Below are positions 31,117 to 41,518 of a DNA stretch of 62,162 nt, piece by piece (within the stretch, counting starts at the first letter, position 1; each line of letters starts with the position of its first letter). The notes beneath the pieces are model-generated. The model was not told the DNA's origin. It saw only the letters and a list, made by a program, of their open reading frames with translations, and made no database searches. A program made the translations under genes and the position numbers. Source of the DNA: Eubacteriales bacterium (lineage in GTDB: Bacteria; Bacillota; Clostridia; Oscillospirales; CAG-272); NCBI GenBank assembly GCA_045531485.1, contig JAZSEC010000010.1, positions 1 to 62,162 of the forward strand. Reading direction: 5' to 3'.

Positions 31117-32241
31117 TTACTCTGCCTCTGCTACGCCAAATTCATCCTTGTAAGCCTGCTCCTCGGCATCGTTACACATAACGAAATGACCGGGAAGAAC
31201 CTCACGGAAGGAGGGCTTATTTACGGTGTAATCATGGCTCTCAAGAGGATTATACTTGATTCTCTGTCTGGTCTTCTCGGTTCTGGGATCGGGAAGAGGA
31301 ATAGCGGAGAGAAGCGATCTGGTGTAGGGATGCATAGGATGAGCAAACAGCTCGTCTGCATCAGCAAGCTCTACCATCTTACCAAAGTACATAACGCCGA
31401 TACGGTCGGAGAAATACTTTACTACCGATAGGTCGTGAGCGATGAAGAGGATGGTAAGACCGAGAGAGTCCTTAAGCTCGTTAAGAAGGTTAATAACCTG
31501 AGCCTGAACCGATACGTCGAGTGCAGATACGGGCTCGTCGGCGATGATCATCTCGGGATGCATTACAACGCTTCTAGCAATACCGATACGCTGACGCTGA
31601 CCGCCGGAGAACTCATGAGGATATCTGGAAGCATGCTCGGGAACAAGACCAACCTTGTCGAGAATCTCGTAAACCTGGCTGTCGATATATTCCTTATCCT
31701 TGATACCTCTGATAACCATACCCTCGGAGATGATCTCACGAACGGTCATACGGGGATTAAGCGAGGCGATAGGATCCTGGAATATCATCTGTATCTGGGT
31801 AACAAGATCACGCTCTGCATGCTTGTTATCATACTTTGCAGCCTTGATCTTTGCACGGTTGTCGGCGATCTCGGCTGCGAGATTTGCCTTTATGGCAGCT
31901 ATCTCGTTTTCGTTACCACCGTTCTCCTTAAGAGCTGCGATATCTGCCTTTGCCTTAGCACGTGCATTCTTAATAGCCTCCTTGTAGGAGAGAGTACCGG
32001 CACCGATACGCTGACCCTTGAAGTAAACGTTACCGCCGGTGGGATTGTAAAGCTTAATAATGGTACGGCCGGTGGTGGTCTTTCCGCATCCGGACTCACC
32101 AACAAGACCGAATACCTCACCCTTCTTTACCTCGAAGGAAACCTTGTCAACTGCCTTGAGGGGACCGAAGTGTTGGGAAAGCTCCTCAACCTTAAGGAGG
32201 ACCTCGCCTGCCTGAACTTCAGGATATTTGTTTTCAGACAT
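31117..32241 (-). CDS. oppF: oligopeptide ABC transporter ATPase (OppF) with a ~60-aa helical insert
   Basis: GESGCGKT, IFQDP, YPHEFSGGQRQR, IIADEP, HPYT; start chosen by GGAGG spacing. Confidence 0.92.
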   Translation of the reverse strand: MSENKYPEVQAGEVLLKVEELSQHFGPLKAVDKVSFEVKKGEVFGLVGESGCGKTTTGRTIIKLYNPTGGNVYFKGQRIGAGTLSYKEAIKNARAKAKADIAALKENGGNENEIAAIKANLAAEIADNRAKIKAAKYDNKHAERDLVTQIQMIFQDPIASLNPRMTVREIISEGMVIRGIKDKEYIDSQVYEILDKVGLVPEHASRYPHEFSGGQRQRIGIARSVVMHPEMIIADEPVSALDVSVQAQVINLLNELKDSLGLTILFIAHDLSVVKYFSDRIGVMYFGKMVELADADELFAHPMHPYTRSLLSAIPLPDPRTEKTRQRIKYNPLESHDYTVNKPSFREVLPGHFVMCNDAEEQAYKDEFGVAEAE

Positions 32242-34432
32242 TCTCATTACCTCCCTGTTCATTCATTCTAGCAATACGCTCTCTGATAATCTTAGGCAAC
32301 TCAACCTTAGGTGCATCGGGATGAAGCAGCCAGGTTGCAGCCGAATGTGTGTCAGAAACCTTGAACATCGGGGGCTCCTGCTCGAAATCTATCTTAAGTG
32401 CATACTTATTTCTCTCCGCAAAGGCGTCGCCTACGGGAGGATAGATCATATTGGGAGGAGTACCGGGAATAGCGTCAAGCTTTTCATTAGTATCAAGGTC
32501 GGGCATAGAGGACAGCAGTGCCCATGTATAAGGATGTCTGGGATCATAGAATACGTCCTCGCTGGTGCCCTGCTCTACGATCTTACCTGCGTACATAACC
32601 GCAACTCTGTCAGCCATGTTAGCAACTACGCCAAGGTCGTGAGTAATGAAGATAACCGACAGCTTTCTCTCCTTCTTGAGATCGTTGATGAGCTCAAGGA
32701 TCTGAGACTGGATGGTTACGTCAAGAGCAGTGGTAGGCTCATCACAGATAAGAATATCGGGGTTAGCAACGAGAGCGATAGCAATAACTATTCTCTGTCT
32801 CATACCGCCGGAGAACTCGAAGGGATACTGGTTGTAACGAACGCGAGGCTCGGGAATACCAACCTCCTCCATAAGCTTGATAGCCTTCTCCTTCGCCATA
32901 TTCTTGGTGATGGTGTAAACTACCTCGGAGGCACGCTCCTTAAGATAATCGATAAGGCCTACCGAGATCTTATCGAAATCACGCTCCTCAAAGGTTTCGA
33001 TATCGCGAATATACTTCTTCTCAAGACGGTTAATAACCGATACGCAAGCCTGGCGAAGCTCCTCAAGGTCGTAAACGTTCTTGGGAACTACCTTCCAGTC
33101 GATCTTCTTACCCTTGGCAATGAGAGCCTCACGCTTTGCACTCTGGCGAGCGAAACGCTTCTCCTCCTTGGGATTAAGCTTCTCATATACGAAATACTTG
33201 TTAGAAGCATACTTAATGCCAGACTCAAAGGTATATGCGATATTATCCTTGTTATATTCAAGTCTGTCAATGGTGCCCTTTACCTGATCGCAAAGAGCTG
33301 CAACAAGCTCCTCCGTGGGCTTCTTCTCAAGCACCTCTGTGTTAAGGAAATATTCCTTAGCAGATGCAAGAGCAGGAAGAATAGCCTTCTTAGCCTCGAG
33401 GGACTTTCTTGCAGAGTAAGCAACCGCAGTCTTCTCATGCTCGATAAACTCGGTCATATAGTCTTCCATAAGGTACTTTATAGCCATTTCGTTAAGTGCG
33501 TCTATATCGCTCTTATCAAGCTGAGCCTCTGGATTCTTATACATATAGTAGCCTATACGGAAGAAGTTGGGCTTCGGACGGGCAAGAATGCCCTCAAGCA
33601 CAAGGAGAGTATCCTCAAGTGCGACTACAAGATCCTGGGAAAGAAGGTAGCTGTGAGGCTTACCGTCCTCGCCGATACCGGGAGTATAGTTCTTTCTGCA
33701 CTCCTCAAGGATAGTGATGAGGTTAGCAATCGTTTCATCATCACCGAAGGTAAGGAAGTCATCCTTTACTCTCTTATACTGAGCGATATACTCAGCGAGA
33801 TCCTTCTTAACGTCCAGCTTCTGCTTCTTATCCGCCTTGAAGAGGAAGTCCTTGATCTCCTCATAGGTTTCCTCGGCGTTGGCACGTGCCGCATTATACT
33901 TATTCTCAAGACCGATAGCGAGAATGTTGAAATCATCGAAGGTCTTGATCATTTCGGGAATCTTATCGATAGGCTTACCCTCGCTCTGATGTGCCTCGAT
34001 CATAGCGTCCTTAAGATATCTGAGAGTTGTATTGAACTCCGCTCTCGCTCTCTTACGGTTTGTCTTGTTCTTGAGGAGCATAGCCTCGGTAATCTGCTTA
34101 CCGATCTTAACAATGGGGTCGAGGGAGGAAAGAGGATCCTGGAAGATCATAGAGATCTTGTCACCACGGATCTTACACATCTCCTCCTCGGTAATCTTGA
34201 GAAGGTCACGGCCGTCATAGAGGATCTCACCGTTCTCAACGATGGAGTTACCCGCGAGAATACCCATAATAGCCTTAGAGGTAACCGACTTACCGGAGCC
34301 CGACTCACCAACGATGGCAAGGGTCTCACCCTTTTCAAGATTAAAGGAAATGTTTCTTACCGCCTTAACGGTACCGTTGTTGGTACGAAAGGATATTTTT
34401 AAATTTTTAACTTCAAGAATATTGTTAGCCAT
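32234..34432 (-). CDS. oppD: oligopeptide ABC transporter ATPase (OppD) with a ~390-aa insertion
   Basis: GESGSGKS, MIFQDP ... YPFEFSGGMRQR, ICDEPTTALD, HPYTWALL. Confidence 0.92.
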   Translation of the reverse strand: MANNILEVKNLKISFRTNNGTVKAVRNISFNLEKGETLAIVGESGSGKSVTSKAIMGILAGNSIVENGEILYDGRDLLKITEEEMCKIRGDKISMIFQDPLSSLDPIVKIGKQITEAMLLKNKTNRKRARAEFNTTLRYLKDAMIEAHQSEGKPIDKIPEMIKTFDDFNILAIGLENKYNAARANAEETYEEIKDFLFKADKKQKLDVKKDLAEYIAQYKRVKDDFLTFGDDETIANLITILEECRKNYTPGIGEDGKPHSYLLSQDLVVALEDTLLVLEGILARPKPNFFRIGYYMYKNPEAQLDKSDIDALNEMAIKYLMEDYMTEFIEHEKTAVAYSARKSLEAKKAILPALASAKEYFLNTEVLEKKPTEELVAALCDQVKGTIDRLEYNKDNIAYTFESGIKYASNKYFVYEKLNPKEEKRFARQSAKREALIAKGKKIDWKVVPKNVYDLEELRQACVSVINRLEKKYIRDIETFEERDFDKISVGLIDYLKERASEVVYTITKNMAKEKAIKLMEEVGIPEPRVRYNQYPFEFSGGMRQRIVIAIALVANPDILICDEPTTALDVTIQSQILELINDLKKERKLSVIFITHDLGVVANMADRVAVMYAGKIVEQGTSEDVFYDPRHPYTWALLSSMPDLDTNEKLDAIPGTPPNMIYPPVGDAFAERNKYALKIDFEQEPPMFKVSDTHSAATWLLHPDAPKVELPKIIRERIARMNEQGGNENV

Positions 34433-34435
34433 CTA

Positions 34436-36007
34436 TTAATCCTCCGTTCCTCTGAGTGAGGGGTTGAATGCGTCACGAAGACCGTTACCAAACAGGTTGA
34501 AGCAAATCATAAGAAGAGATAAGAACAACGCGGGGAACAGCATAACGTGAGGCTTGGATGTCCATATACCCTCAGCCTGAGCAAGTACAGTACCAAGCGA
34601 GGTGCTGGTAGCAGAGTTAAGGTTTACGATACCAAGGTAGGTGAGCATAGACTCGGAGAAGATAACTCCGGGAATAGAAAGCACCGACGAGGTGATAATG
34701 GTACCGAGAGTGTTGGGGAATATATGCTTCCAGATGATACGTCCGTCCTTGGCACCAAGCGTTCTTGCAGCCATAACGTATTCCTGATTCTTAAATCTGT
34801 AGAACTGAGTTCTTACAAGGCTCGCGGTACCGATCCATCCGGTAAGCACGAAGGCGAACAGAAGGCTTGGTATAGGTCCTGCCTTAGCAGCCAGGTGAAT
34901 CTGGAACAGAGAGGATACAACGATGAAGGGAATACCTGACAGAACGTAGGCAATAAACTCAAGCACAAGGTCACAGGTGCCGCCGTAGTAACCCTCAACC
35001 GCACCGTACATAGCACCGAGAATAAAGTTAATAACGAAAATACATACCGAGAAGAGAAGGCTAAGACGAAGACCCATAGCAATACGCTGTGCAAGGTCAT
35101 AGCCCGAAACGTCGGTACCGAAGATAAACTCAGGCTCTGCTCCGTCGTGCATGTACTGATAGTAGCTATAGTAAAGAAGTCTTACCTGATACTCAGCGGT
35201 CTCAGCGGTAGTACCGCCGCCCTGAGGAGTGTAGAACTTATAGCTTCCGTCGCTGTTGCGAAGGTAGTTGTCCTGAAGAACGATGTCGGTTACGTTATCA
35301 AACTTCTTTGCATTAATGGGATTGCCCTTTCTGTCGGTCTTATACCACCAGTTAGCATCCTTTGCATCGAAGCAATATCCGTTTTTAGTATTGATAAGGG
35401 GATAAAGGAGCTGAGGATTACCCTCCTCCTCCTGCCAAGCAAGCATTCTCTTATATTCTTCCTGAGAAACCTGCTTATAAATAAATCCAACCGAAAGATA
35501 CTCGTCAACGGTAGCATAGTAGATGTTATTCTTATTCTTACCCTGCTCTATCTGCTGAATATCGTTAAGCTTGGTAATAGGCTGAAGCTTATATCCCTGA
35601 CTTACCGCTGCACTGAGCGAGGGAATGTTATCGAAATCGGGGTTAGCACCGATGCCCTTAGCAACCTCGAGAATATAAGCACGCTCGTTAAAGTCCTTAT
35701 CAACGTCACCGGTAACAATGCCGAAGTTGGAAAGGAAATTGTTTCTGGGACCCATCTGCTTGTAATAGGTATCAAAGTTTGTTCCTGTACCTGTGTCAAA
35801 GAAAGGAAGCAGAATTGCGAACAGGATTATTACAATAATAATGATCGCTGCAACGATAGACGCCTTATTCTTACAGAAGCGACGCCATGCATCCTTAAAA
35901 TAGCCTATGGGCTTATCATCAAATTTCTGATCCTTAATGTGGTCGCCAAGGTTAGCCAGGGCGAGCTTTTCCTTAGGGATCGAGTTAATATTAAGTTCTT
36001 TTGCCAT
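34436..36007 (-). CDS. oppC: oligopeptide ABC transporter permease (OppC) with a large extracellular loop
   Basis: DAWRRF, FGTDVSGYD, EYVMAARTLGA, FNLFGNGLRDAFNP. Confidence 0.92.
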   Translation of the reverse strand: MAKELNINSIPKEKLALANLGDHIKDQKFDDKPIGYFKDAWRRFCKNKASIVAAIIIIVIILFAILLPFFDTGTGTNFDTYYKQMGPRNNFLSNFGIVTGDVDKDFNERAYILEVAKGIGANPDFDNIPSLSAAVSQGYKLQPITKLNDIQQIEQGKNKNNIYYATVDEYLSVGFIYKQVSQEEYKRMLAWQEEEGNPQLLYPLINTKNGYCFDAKDANWWYKTDRKGNPINAKKFDNVTDIVLQDNYLRNSDGSYKFYTPQGGGTTAETAEYQVRLLYYSYYQYMHDGAEPEFIFGTDVSGYDLAQRIAMGLRLSLLFSVCIFVINFILGAMYGAVEGYYGGTCDLVLEFIAYVLSGIPFIVVSSLFQIHLAAKAGPIPSLLFAFVLTGWIGTASLVRTQFYRFKNQEYVMAARTLGAKDGRIIWKHIFPNTLGTIITSSVLSIPGVIFSESMLTYLGIVNLNSATSTSLGTVLAQAEGIWTSKPHVMLFPALFLSLLMICFNLFGNGLRDAFNPSLRGTED

Positions 36008-36008
36008 A

Positions 36009-36974
36009 TTATCTTTCTCCCATTCTGATTCTAGGATCAATGAAGCCGTAGCTGATGTCTGTTATAATACCGCCCGCGAGGCTTAAGAAGGTATAGAAAA
36101 TACTATCCATCATAAACACGTCATAGTCACGGGTAAATACCGACTGGGTATAGAGTGCACCTACGCCAGGGATGGCGAAGATCTGCTCAATGATAAGCGA
36201 ACCGCCGAGGATACCGATAAAGCTTCCGAGAATTGAAGGAAGGATGGGAACCATGGCGTTCTTAAGTGCGTGACGTGTGGTAGCCTGTGCTCTGGTAAGA
36301 CCCTTGGTACGTGCAAGAAGCATGTAGTCGGATGTAAGAGTCTCGGTAAGCTCCGCTCTGGTGAAACGGCACAGACCTGCAATCTGACCAAAGGAAAGTG
36401 CAAGCACAGGGGGAATCATAGAGTGGAACATAATCCAGGAGAACCAGCTGCCACCTGCATCATTAAGCGATGAGATGGTGGGGGGAAACCAGTCGAGCTT
36501 GAAATAAAGGAAATACTGTACAAGGAATGCGTATACGTAGCTGGGTACGGATACGAAGAGTATTACCAATACGCTGATAAGGTGGTCCTGCCACTTATTC
36601 TTTTTAATTGCGGCATAAATGCCAAGAGCAATACCAACAGGTACGGAGAACAGAAGTGAATAGAGATTTACAAGCACGGTGGGAAGAAGCTTGCTGGAGA
36701 GGAGCTCCCAAGCAGGAATAGTCTTCTTAATAACCCAGGACGTACCAAAATCAAACTCGGTGAAAATACCCTTAAGGTAGATACCGTACTGTTCCAATAG
36801 GGGCTTGTCATAGCCACGAGCAGCCCAAATGGTTTCAATAACCTTCTGCTGTGCCTTGTTGGTGCCCTCAGGGGGTGTCATGGGAAGCGATCTGATGAGC
36901 ATAAAGCAGATGGTGGTAATACAAAACAGAGCCACCAGCATCAGAAGCACTCGTTTAAATACATACTTAATCAT
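36009..36974 (-). CDS. oppB: oligopeptide ABC transporter permease (OppB)
   Basis: DFGTSW, SDYMLLARTKG, HALKNA, IEQIFAIPG, YGFIDPRIR. Confidence 0.95.
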   Translation of the reverse strand: MIKYVFKRVLLMLVALFCITTICFMLIRSLPMTPPEGTNKAQQKVIETIWAARGYDKPLLEQYGIYLKGIFTEFDFGTSWVIKKTIPAWELLSSKLLPTVLVNLYSLLFSVPVGIALGIYAAIKKNKWQDHLISVLVILFVSVPSYVYAFLVQYFLYFKLDWFPPTISSLNDAGGSWFSWIMFHSMIPPVLALSFGQIAGLCRFTRAELTETLTSDYMLLARTKGLTRAQATTRHALKNAMVPILPSILGSFIGILGGSLIIEQIFAIPGVGALYTQSVFTRDYDVFMMDSIFYTFLSLAGGIITDISYGFIDPRIRMGER

Positions 36975-37260
36975 TTTTTCTATAACCTTTCAAATTAGGT
37001 TTCCCGATTGCATAGGCAATCTAACCTTGGGAAAGTGAGGCCAAAGCTTGCTAAATCTGATGATTGATGCAAAGAAAAATTTGGCATCATTTCCCCAAGG
37101 TTATTCAATGAATACTGCCATAAAATGGCATTCATGGTCATTGTTACCTTTAAATAACGCGAAAACAATATTCTTTTATTCGCAAAGTAATGGGAGAATA
37201 AAATTCCCCCATTACCTGCTAGTTTTATTATTTAGGATAAAAATTATTTATCCCTGAGTC

Positions 37261-39906
37261 TTACTTGTAGTTAAGCTCGCCGCCCTGTTCTGCAACGTAA
37301 GCTGCCCACTCGGAGTCGCTGTAGTTGTAATCCATGATACGGAAGCCGCCGAAGCCGTACATGATGTTGTAGGAATCGGTGTAATCCTCGATCTTGTAGG
37401 AGTTAAGCGAACATACGGTGGTAACCGCAAGAGGAATTCTGTAGTAGAACTTAAGGTATCTCTCCTCCATCTGTGCGGTGATGTAAAGCTTAGTCTTGTT
37501 GTCAGCGTTAGCAAACTTACCGGTACCGACCATGGACTTAGACCACTGCTGCCATGTCATGGTAACTTCCTCGCCGTTAACCTCAAGGGTAAGCATCGTG
37601 GTCTTGGGATCCCAGCAACCAAGCTCGTTTACGTTGTTCTCATCGGGATCGCAGTAAACGCCGAAGTTACGGAAGGGATAGAACGCAGCACCGCCCCACG
37701 CACCGTAACCGATAGCGTAAAGACCAGCAGCGGTATCGCCGTATCTGTCGTTGATGTTGCCAAGGGGCTCAAGAGTGATGGTGCCGAAGCCGGTACCCTC
37801 AAGAGCAGCGTTAAGATGCTTCTGGATAATAGAGCACTGGGCGTCATCATCCTGAGTAAGAGCACCCTTTGCCCAACCGATCTGGATCGTGATGGGCTGA
37901 CCAGCAGTGTAGAGACCATCTGCTACAAGCTCCTGACAAGCCTTAGTGAAGAGTGCCTTAGCCTCGGTCTGGTTGTAACCGGTAATGGAATCGTGAGCTT
38001 CCTCAAGAGTAGCATAAAGCTTGCCGGGACCGTACTCTACGCCGTAGAGGTTAACGATAGCCTGCATAGCCTCATCAGACTTTCTGTAAGAAGAAGCGGG
38101 ATCATTGTAAATGTCGTAGTGGTAGAGGTGGTTCATAAGGGAGAACGCAGGAGTCCATGCCTGAGTTGTAGTTACGAAGTCAGCTCTATCAATTGCAAGA
38201 GACATAGCCTTACGGAAGGTGTCGTTGCTAAGTACTACGGAGTTCTGGTTCTTACCGGCAGCATCAAGACCCTTAAGGGTTTCAACGTTGGTGTGGAAGA
38301 AGAAGGACATGGTGTAGGTCTCATCAACAACCTGAAGTCTGTCAGAAAGCTTATAGTCGTTAAGCTCGGATGCGGGGGGAGACCAAGACATGATTTCACC
38401 CTTCATGAACTTCTGCTTAGCAGTGTTCTCATCCATAACGTCGATAACTACCCTGGTAGTCATGTACTGCTGGAGGTAATTGCCGTCAACAGCGAACTCG
38501 GTGTAGGATACGAGGTTACCGTCAGCGGTCTTCTCGAAGCCGTACCAGTTCTCGTTCTGCTCGTATACAACCTGCTTACCATCCTCGAATACGGTCATCT
38601 TATAAGTACCGTAAGACATGGTGGTATCAAGAGAAGTACCGTAGTTAGTAACGATAAGGCCACCGGACTCCTTCTTACCAGCCTCATAGAGACCCTGGTG
38701 AACGAGCCAAGTGTCGGTACAAGAGGTCATGAAGTAGTTGAAGTCGATAGCGGAAGCACAAACGTAAAGGAAGCTGTACTCACCGGTCTTAACAAGACCA
38801 ACGCAATCCCAGCCTGCACCAACGTTCTCGTTTACAGAGTAGATGGATACCCAGCCTGCATAGTCAGCACCTACCTCAATGTAGGGACCGTAGCCGTATA
38901 CTTCCATAAGGAGGTACCAGAGATCTGCACCGGAGATGTAGTCAACAAGCTCGCCGTTCTCATCAACGATAGGATTACCGTCCTTATCAGAGTAGTAGTA
39001 AACGGTCTCATCAGTGATAGCAAGCCACTGAGGACACTCCTCACCAGCCTCGGAGAGGTAGCCCTTGGAACCCCAAGAGGTCCAAGCGTCAACGTAGAGA
39101 GTCTCACCAGCGTCGATAGCTTCCTGGTTGGAATTGTAGCCCTTAGAACCTACGCCGTTGTAGTAACCCTCATCAAGAGAGTAGTAGTAATCGAAACCAC
39201 CAGCAATTGCAGACTCACCGGAGATGTAGAGGTTAGCTCTGTAATTCTTCATCTGGGGATTAAGAAGCTGCTGCATGGAGTAAACGTAAGAATCAGCATT
39301 GATAGGAGTACCGTCTTCCCACTTAGCGTCGGGATTGAGGGTGAACTCGAATACGTAACCCTTGGTAACGTCAGAAGCGGTCTGACCCTCGGGAAGATTT
39401 ACCTTATACTGAGTAAGGAGGTCCTGCTTCTGAGCAGTAACGTCCTTAATACCGGTAGCCATTTCGCCAACCCACTGATAAAGGCCTTCAACAGTGTCAA
39501 GAGCCTCGATAGTTACGAAGGGAGAGGTGATATAGCCGAGCATAGAGGACTCAGCGCTGGTCTCCCAGGTGTGGGGGTTCCAGTTGGAGCCAAGAGCGGT
39601 TGCGTAGCTATTGTAGGTGTAGCTACCAAGCTTAGCCTCGGGAAGAACTGCGTCATCAGGACGAACAGGAGTAACGAATTCACCACCGAGATCGGGGGTA
39701 ACGGGATCTTCCTTGTCGTCATCATCACCGCCGCCAGCGGGGGGAGTTACGTCATCGCCGTCGCCACCTGCGGGGGGTGTATTTCCCTGATTGTTGTCGC
39801 CGTTATCGCCATTATCGCCGTTGTTGCCGAAGAGGCCACAAGAAACGAGCATGGAGAAGCACATAACAACTACAAGGAGGAGTGCAAGAATTTTTGTACT
39901 TTTCAT
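37261..39906 (-). CDS. oppA: oligopeptide ABC transporter substrate-binding lipoprotein (OppA, family 5)
   Basis: Lipobox LVSC; WNPH, AKWEDGTPINADSYVYS, SYGTY and FRKAMSLAIDR motifs; first gene of the operon. Confidence 0.9.
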   Translation of the reverse strand: MKSTKILALLLVVVMCFSMLVSCGLFGNNGDNGDNGDNNQGNTPPAGGDGDDVTPPAGGGDDDDKEDPVTPDLGGEFVTPVRPDDAVLPEAKLGSYTYNSYATALGSNWNPHTWETSAESSMLGYITSPFVTIEALDTVEGLYQWVGEMATGIKDVTAQKQDLLTQYKVNLPEGQTASDVTKGYVFEFTLNPDAKWEDGTPINADSYVYSMQQLLNPQMKNYRANLYISGESAIAGGFDYYYSLDEGYYNGVGSKGYNSNQEAIDAGETLYVDAWTSWGSKGYLSEAGEECPQWLAITDETVYYYSDKDGNPIVDENGELVDYISGADLWYLLMEVYGYGPYIEVGADYAGWVSIYSVNENVGAGWDCVGLVKTGEYSFLYVCASAIDFNYFMTSCTDTWLVHQGLYEAGKKESGGLIVTNYGTSLDTTMSYGTYKMTVFEDGKQVVYEQNENWYGFEKTADGNLVSYTEFAVDGNYLQQYMTTRVVIDVMDENTAKQKFMKGEIMSWSPPASELNDYKLSDRLQVVDETYTMSFFFHTNVETLKGLDAAGKNQNSVVLSNDTFRKAMSLAIDRADFVTTTQAWTPAFSLMNHLYHYDIYNDPASSYRKSDEAMQAIVNLYGVEYGPGKLYATLEEAHDSITGYNQTEAKALFTKACQELVADGLYTAGQPITIQIGWAKGALTQDDDAQCSIIQKHLNAALEGTGFGTITLEPLGNINDRYGDTAAGLYAIGYGAWGGAAFYPFRNFGVYCDPDENNVNELGCWDPKTTMLTLEVNGEEVTMTWQQWSKSMVGTGKFANADNKTKLYITAQMEERYLKFYYRIPLAVTTVCSLNSYKIEDYTDSYNIMYGFGGFRIMDYNYSDSEWAAYVAEQGGELNYK

Positions 39907-40124
39907 GGTAAAAAAGTCCTTTCTTAGAGTATTGTTTATATTTAGCCTATGTTAAATATTCTTGATTTAACGGATAGTAAATATACAAATATGAAATCCA
40001 TTTAACTATAAAATAAATAAATATTTTATAAAATGCTTTTTGCACCGAGCAGAAGTGCTGTGCCTCCTAGCCGGGTGCAACGTAATTGGTCTTCTGAACT
40101 TGCGAAAATGAAATAGATGTGCCT

Positions 40125-40153
40125 ATTATACAACATATCCTTTGATTTGTCAA
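40125..40153 (-). promoter_or_regulatory. sigma-A promoter of the opp operon
   Basis: Perfect TTGACA-17 nt-TATAAT, ~220 nt upstream of oppA. Confidence 0.8.
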
Positions 40154-40642
40154 CCCTTTTTTGAATATTTTTTTCACTTTTTTGACGATATTTTTTTGCT
40201 TCGCTTCATTTTCTGTCATTTTAATGCCATTTTTTGCAAGAATTTGACAGTTCCTTGCATTTTTGACAGTTTTTGATGTATATTTATACATTGAATATGC
40301 ACTGTTTATGCATTGAATTTTTATTCGTTATTTTGTGCAAAATAACGATTTTCAACTTTTAACACCCCTCAATCAAAGGTCGAATAAAGCTTTGTTTTAT
40401 GCATTTTTAACAAAATATGGCTGTTTTAGTGTTTCATTGTCAAATCAAAAGCCATCCGTACGTATACCGCATACCTGTTATTTTATTAACTTTTTGAAGG
40501 TTTTTCCTTCAATGGTAAAATTTTTCCGTTTTCTACATTTATATTTATATAAGAAAAGGTTTTTTGATAATCATCTTGCAAAAAACACAATAATATAGTA
40601 TAATTGATATGTATTTTACGATAATTGGTGAGGAGATCCGGT

Positions 40643-41488
40643 ATGAAATCATTTTCCAACTTCAATAAACGCAAGGAATTCCTTGTATGCGTAGACAGCG
40701 ACGGTTGTGCTATGGATACTATGGATATAAAGCATTTCAACTGCTTTGGTCCATGTATGGTTGACGAGTGGGAGCTTTCACAGTGGAGAGAAGAGATACT
40801 GGATCGCTGGAACGCAATCAACCTTTATACGATCACACGCGGAATCAACAGATTTAAGGGTCTGGCGATGGCTCTTAACGAGATCAACGCGAAATACTGC
40901 ACTATTGAGGGCATTGAATCTTTCGTTGAATGGGCAGATGAGGCTCCCGAGCTTTCAAATGCAGCACTCTCCGTCATCATAGACGAAAGACCTGAAGAGA
41001 TCATATTCAAAAAGGCTCTTTCCTGGAGCAAGGCAGTAAACCTGGCCATAACAAAATTGCCCGACGAATACAAGCTTCCCTTCCCTATGGCGAAGGAAGC
41101 ACTGGAGTTTGCACACAGATACGCCGACGTGGCTATCGTTTCCAGTGCAAATCTGGATGCGGTGCTTGAGGAATGGGAGCAGCACAGGCTGCTCGATCAC
41201 GTAGACGTGGTTATGTCGCAGAATGACGGCAGCAAGGCCTATTGCATCTCTGCACTTCTGAAGCTCGGCTACGATAAGGACAAGGTGCTTATGTGCGGTG
41301 ACGCTCCGGGCGATCTTTCCGCAGCTGAGAAAAACGGCGTTGCCTTCTATCCTATCCTTGTAAAAAAGGAAAAGGAAAGCTGGGTCGAGTTTATTGATAC
41401 CGGTCTTACAAGACTTGTCAATGGCAAATATGCCGGAGAGTATCAGAACAAAAAAACAAGCGAGTTTTATAAAAATTTAGGTGAATAA
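40643..41488 (+). CDS. HAD-superfamily hydrolase
   Basis: CVDSDGCAMDTM, IVSSAN, GSK and MCGDAPGD motifs; ATG at 40643 after AGGAG. Confidence 0.88.
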   Translation: MKSFSNFNKRKEFLVCVDSDGCAMDTMDIKHFNCFGPCMVDEWELSQWREEILDRWNAINLYTITRGINRFKGLAMALNEINAKYCTIEGIESFVEWADEAPELSNAALSVIIDERPEEIIFKKALSWSKAVNLAITKLPDEYKLPFPMAKEALEFAHRYADVAIVSSANLDAVLEEWEQHRLLDHVDVVMSQNDGSKAYCISALLKLGYDKDKVLMCGDAPGDLSAAEKNGVAFYPILVKKEKESWVEFIDTGLTRLVNGKYAGEYQNKKTSEFYKNLGE

Positions 41489-41518
41489 ATATAAAAATGT
41501 AAAAAGGAGTTTACAAAA

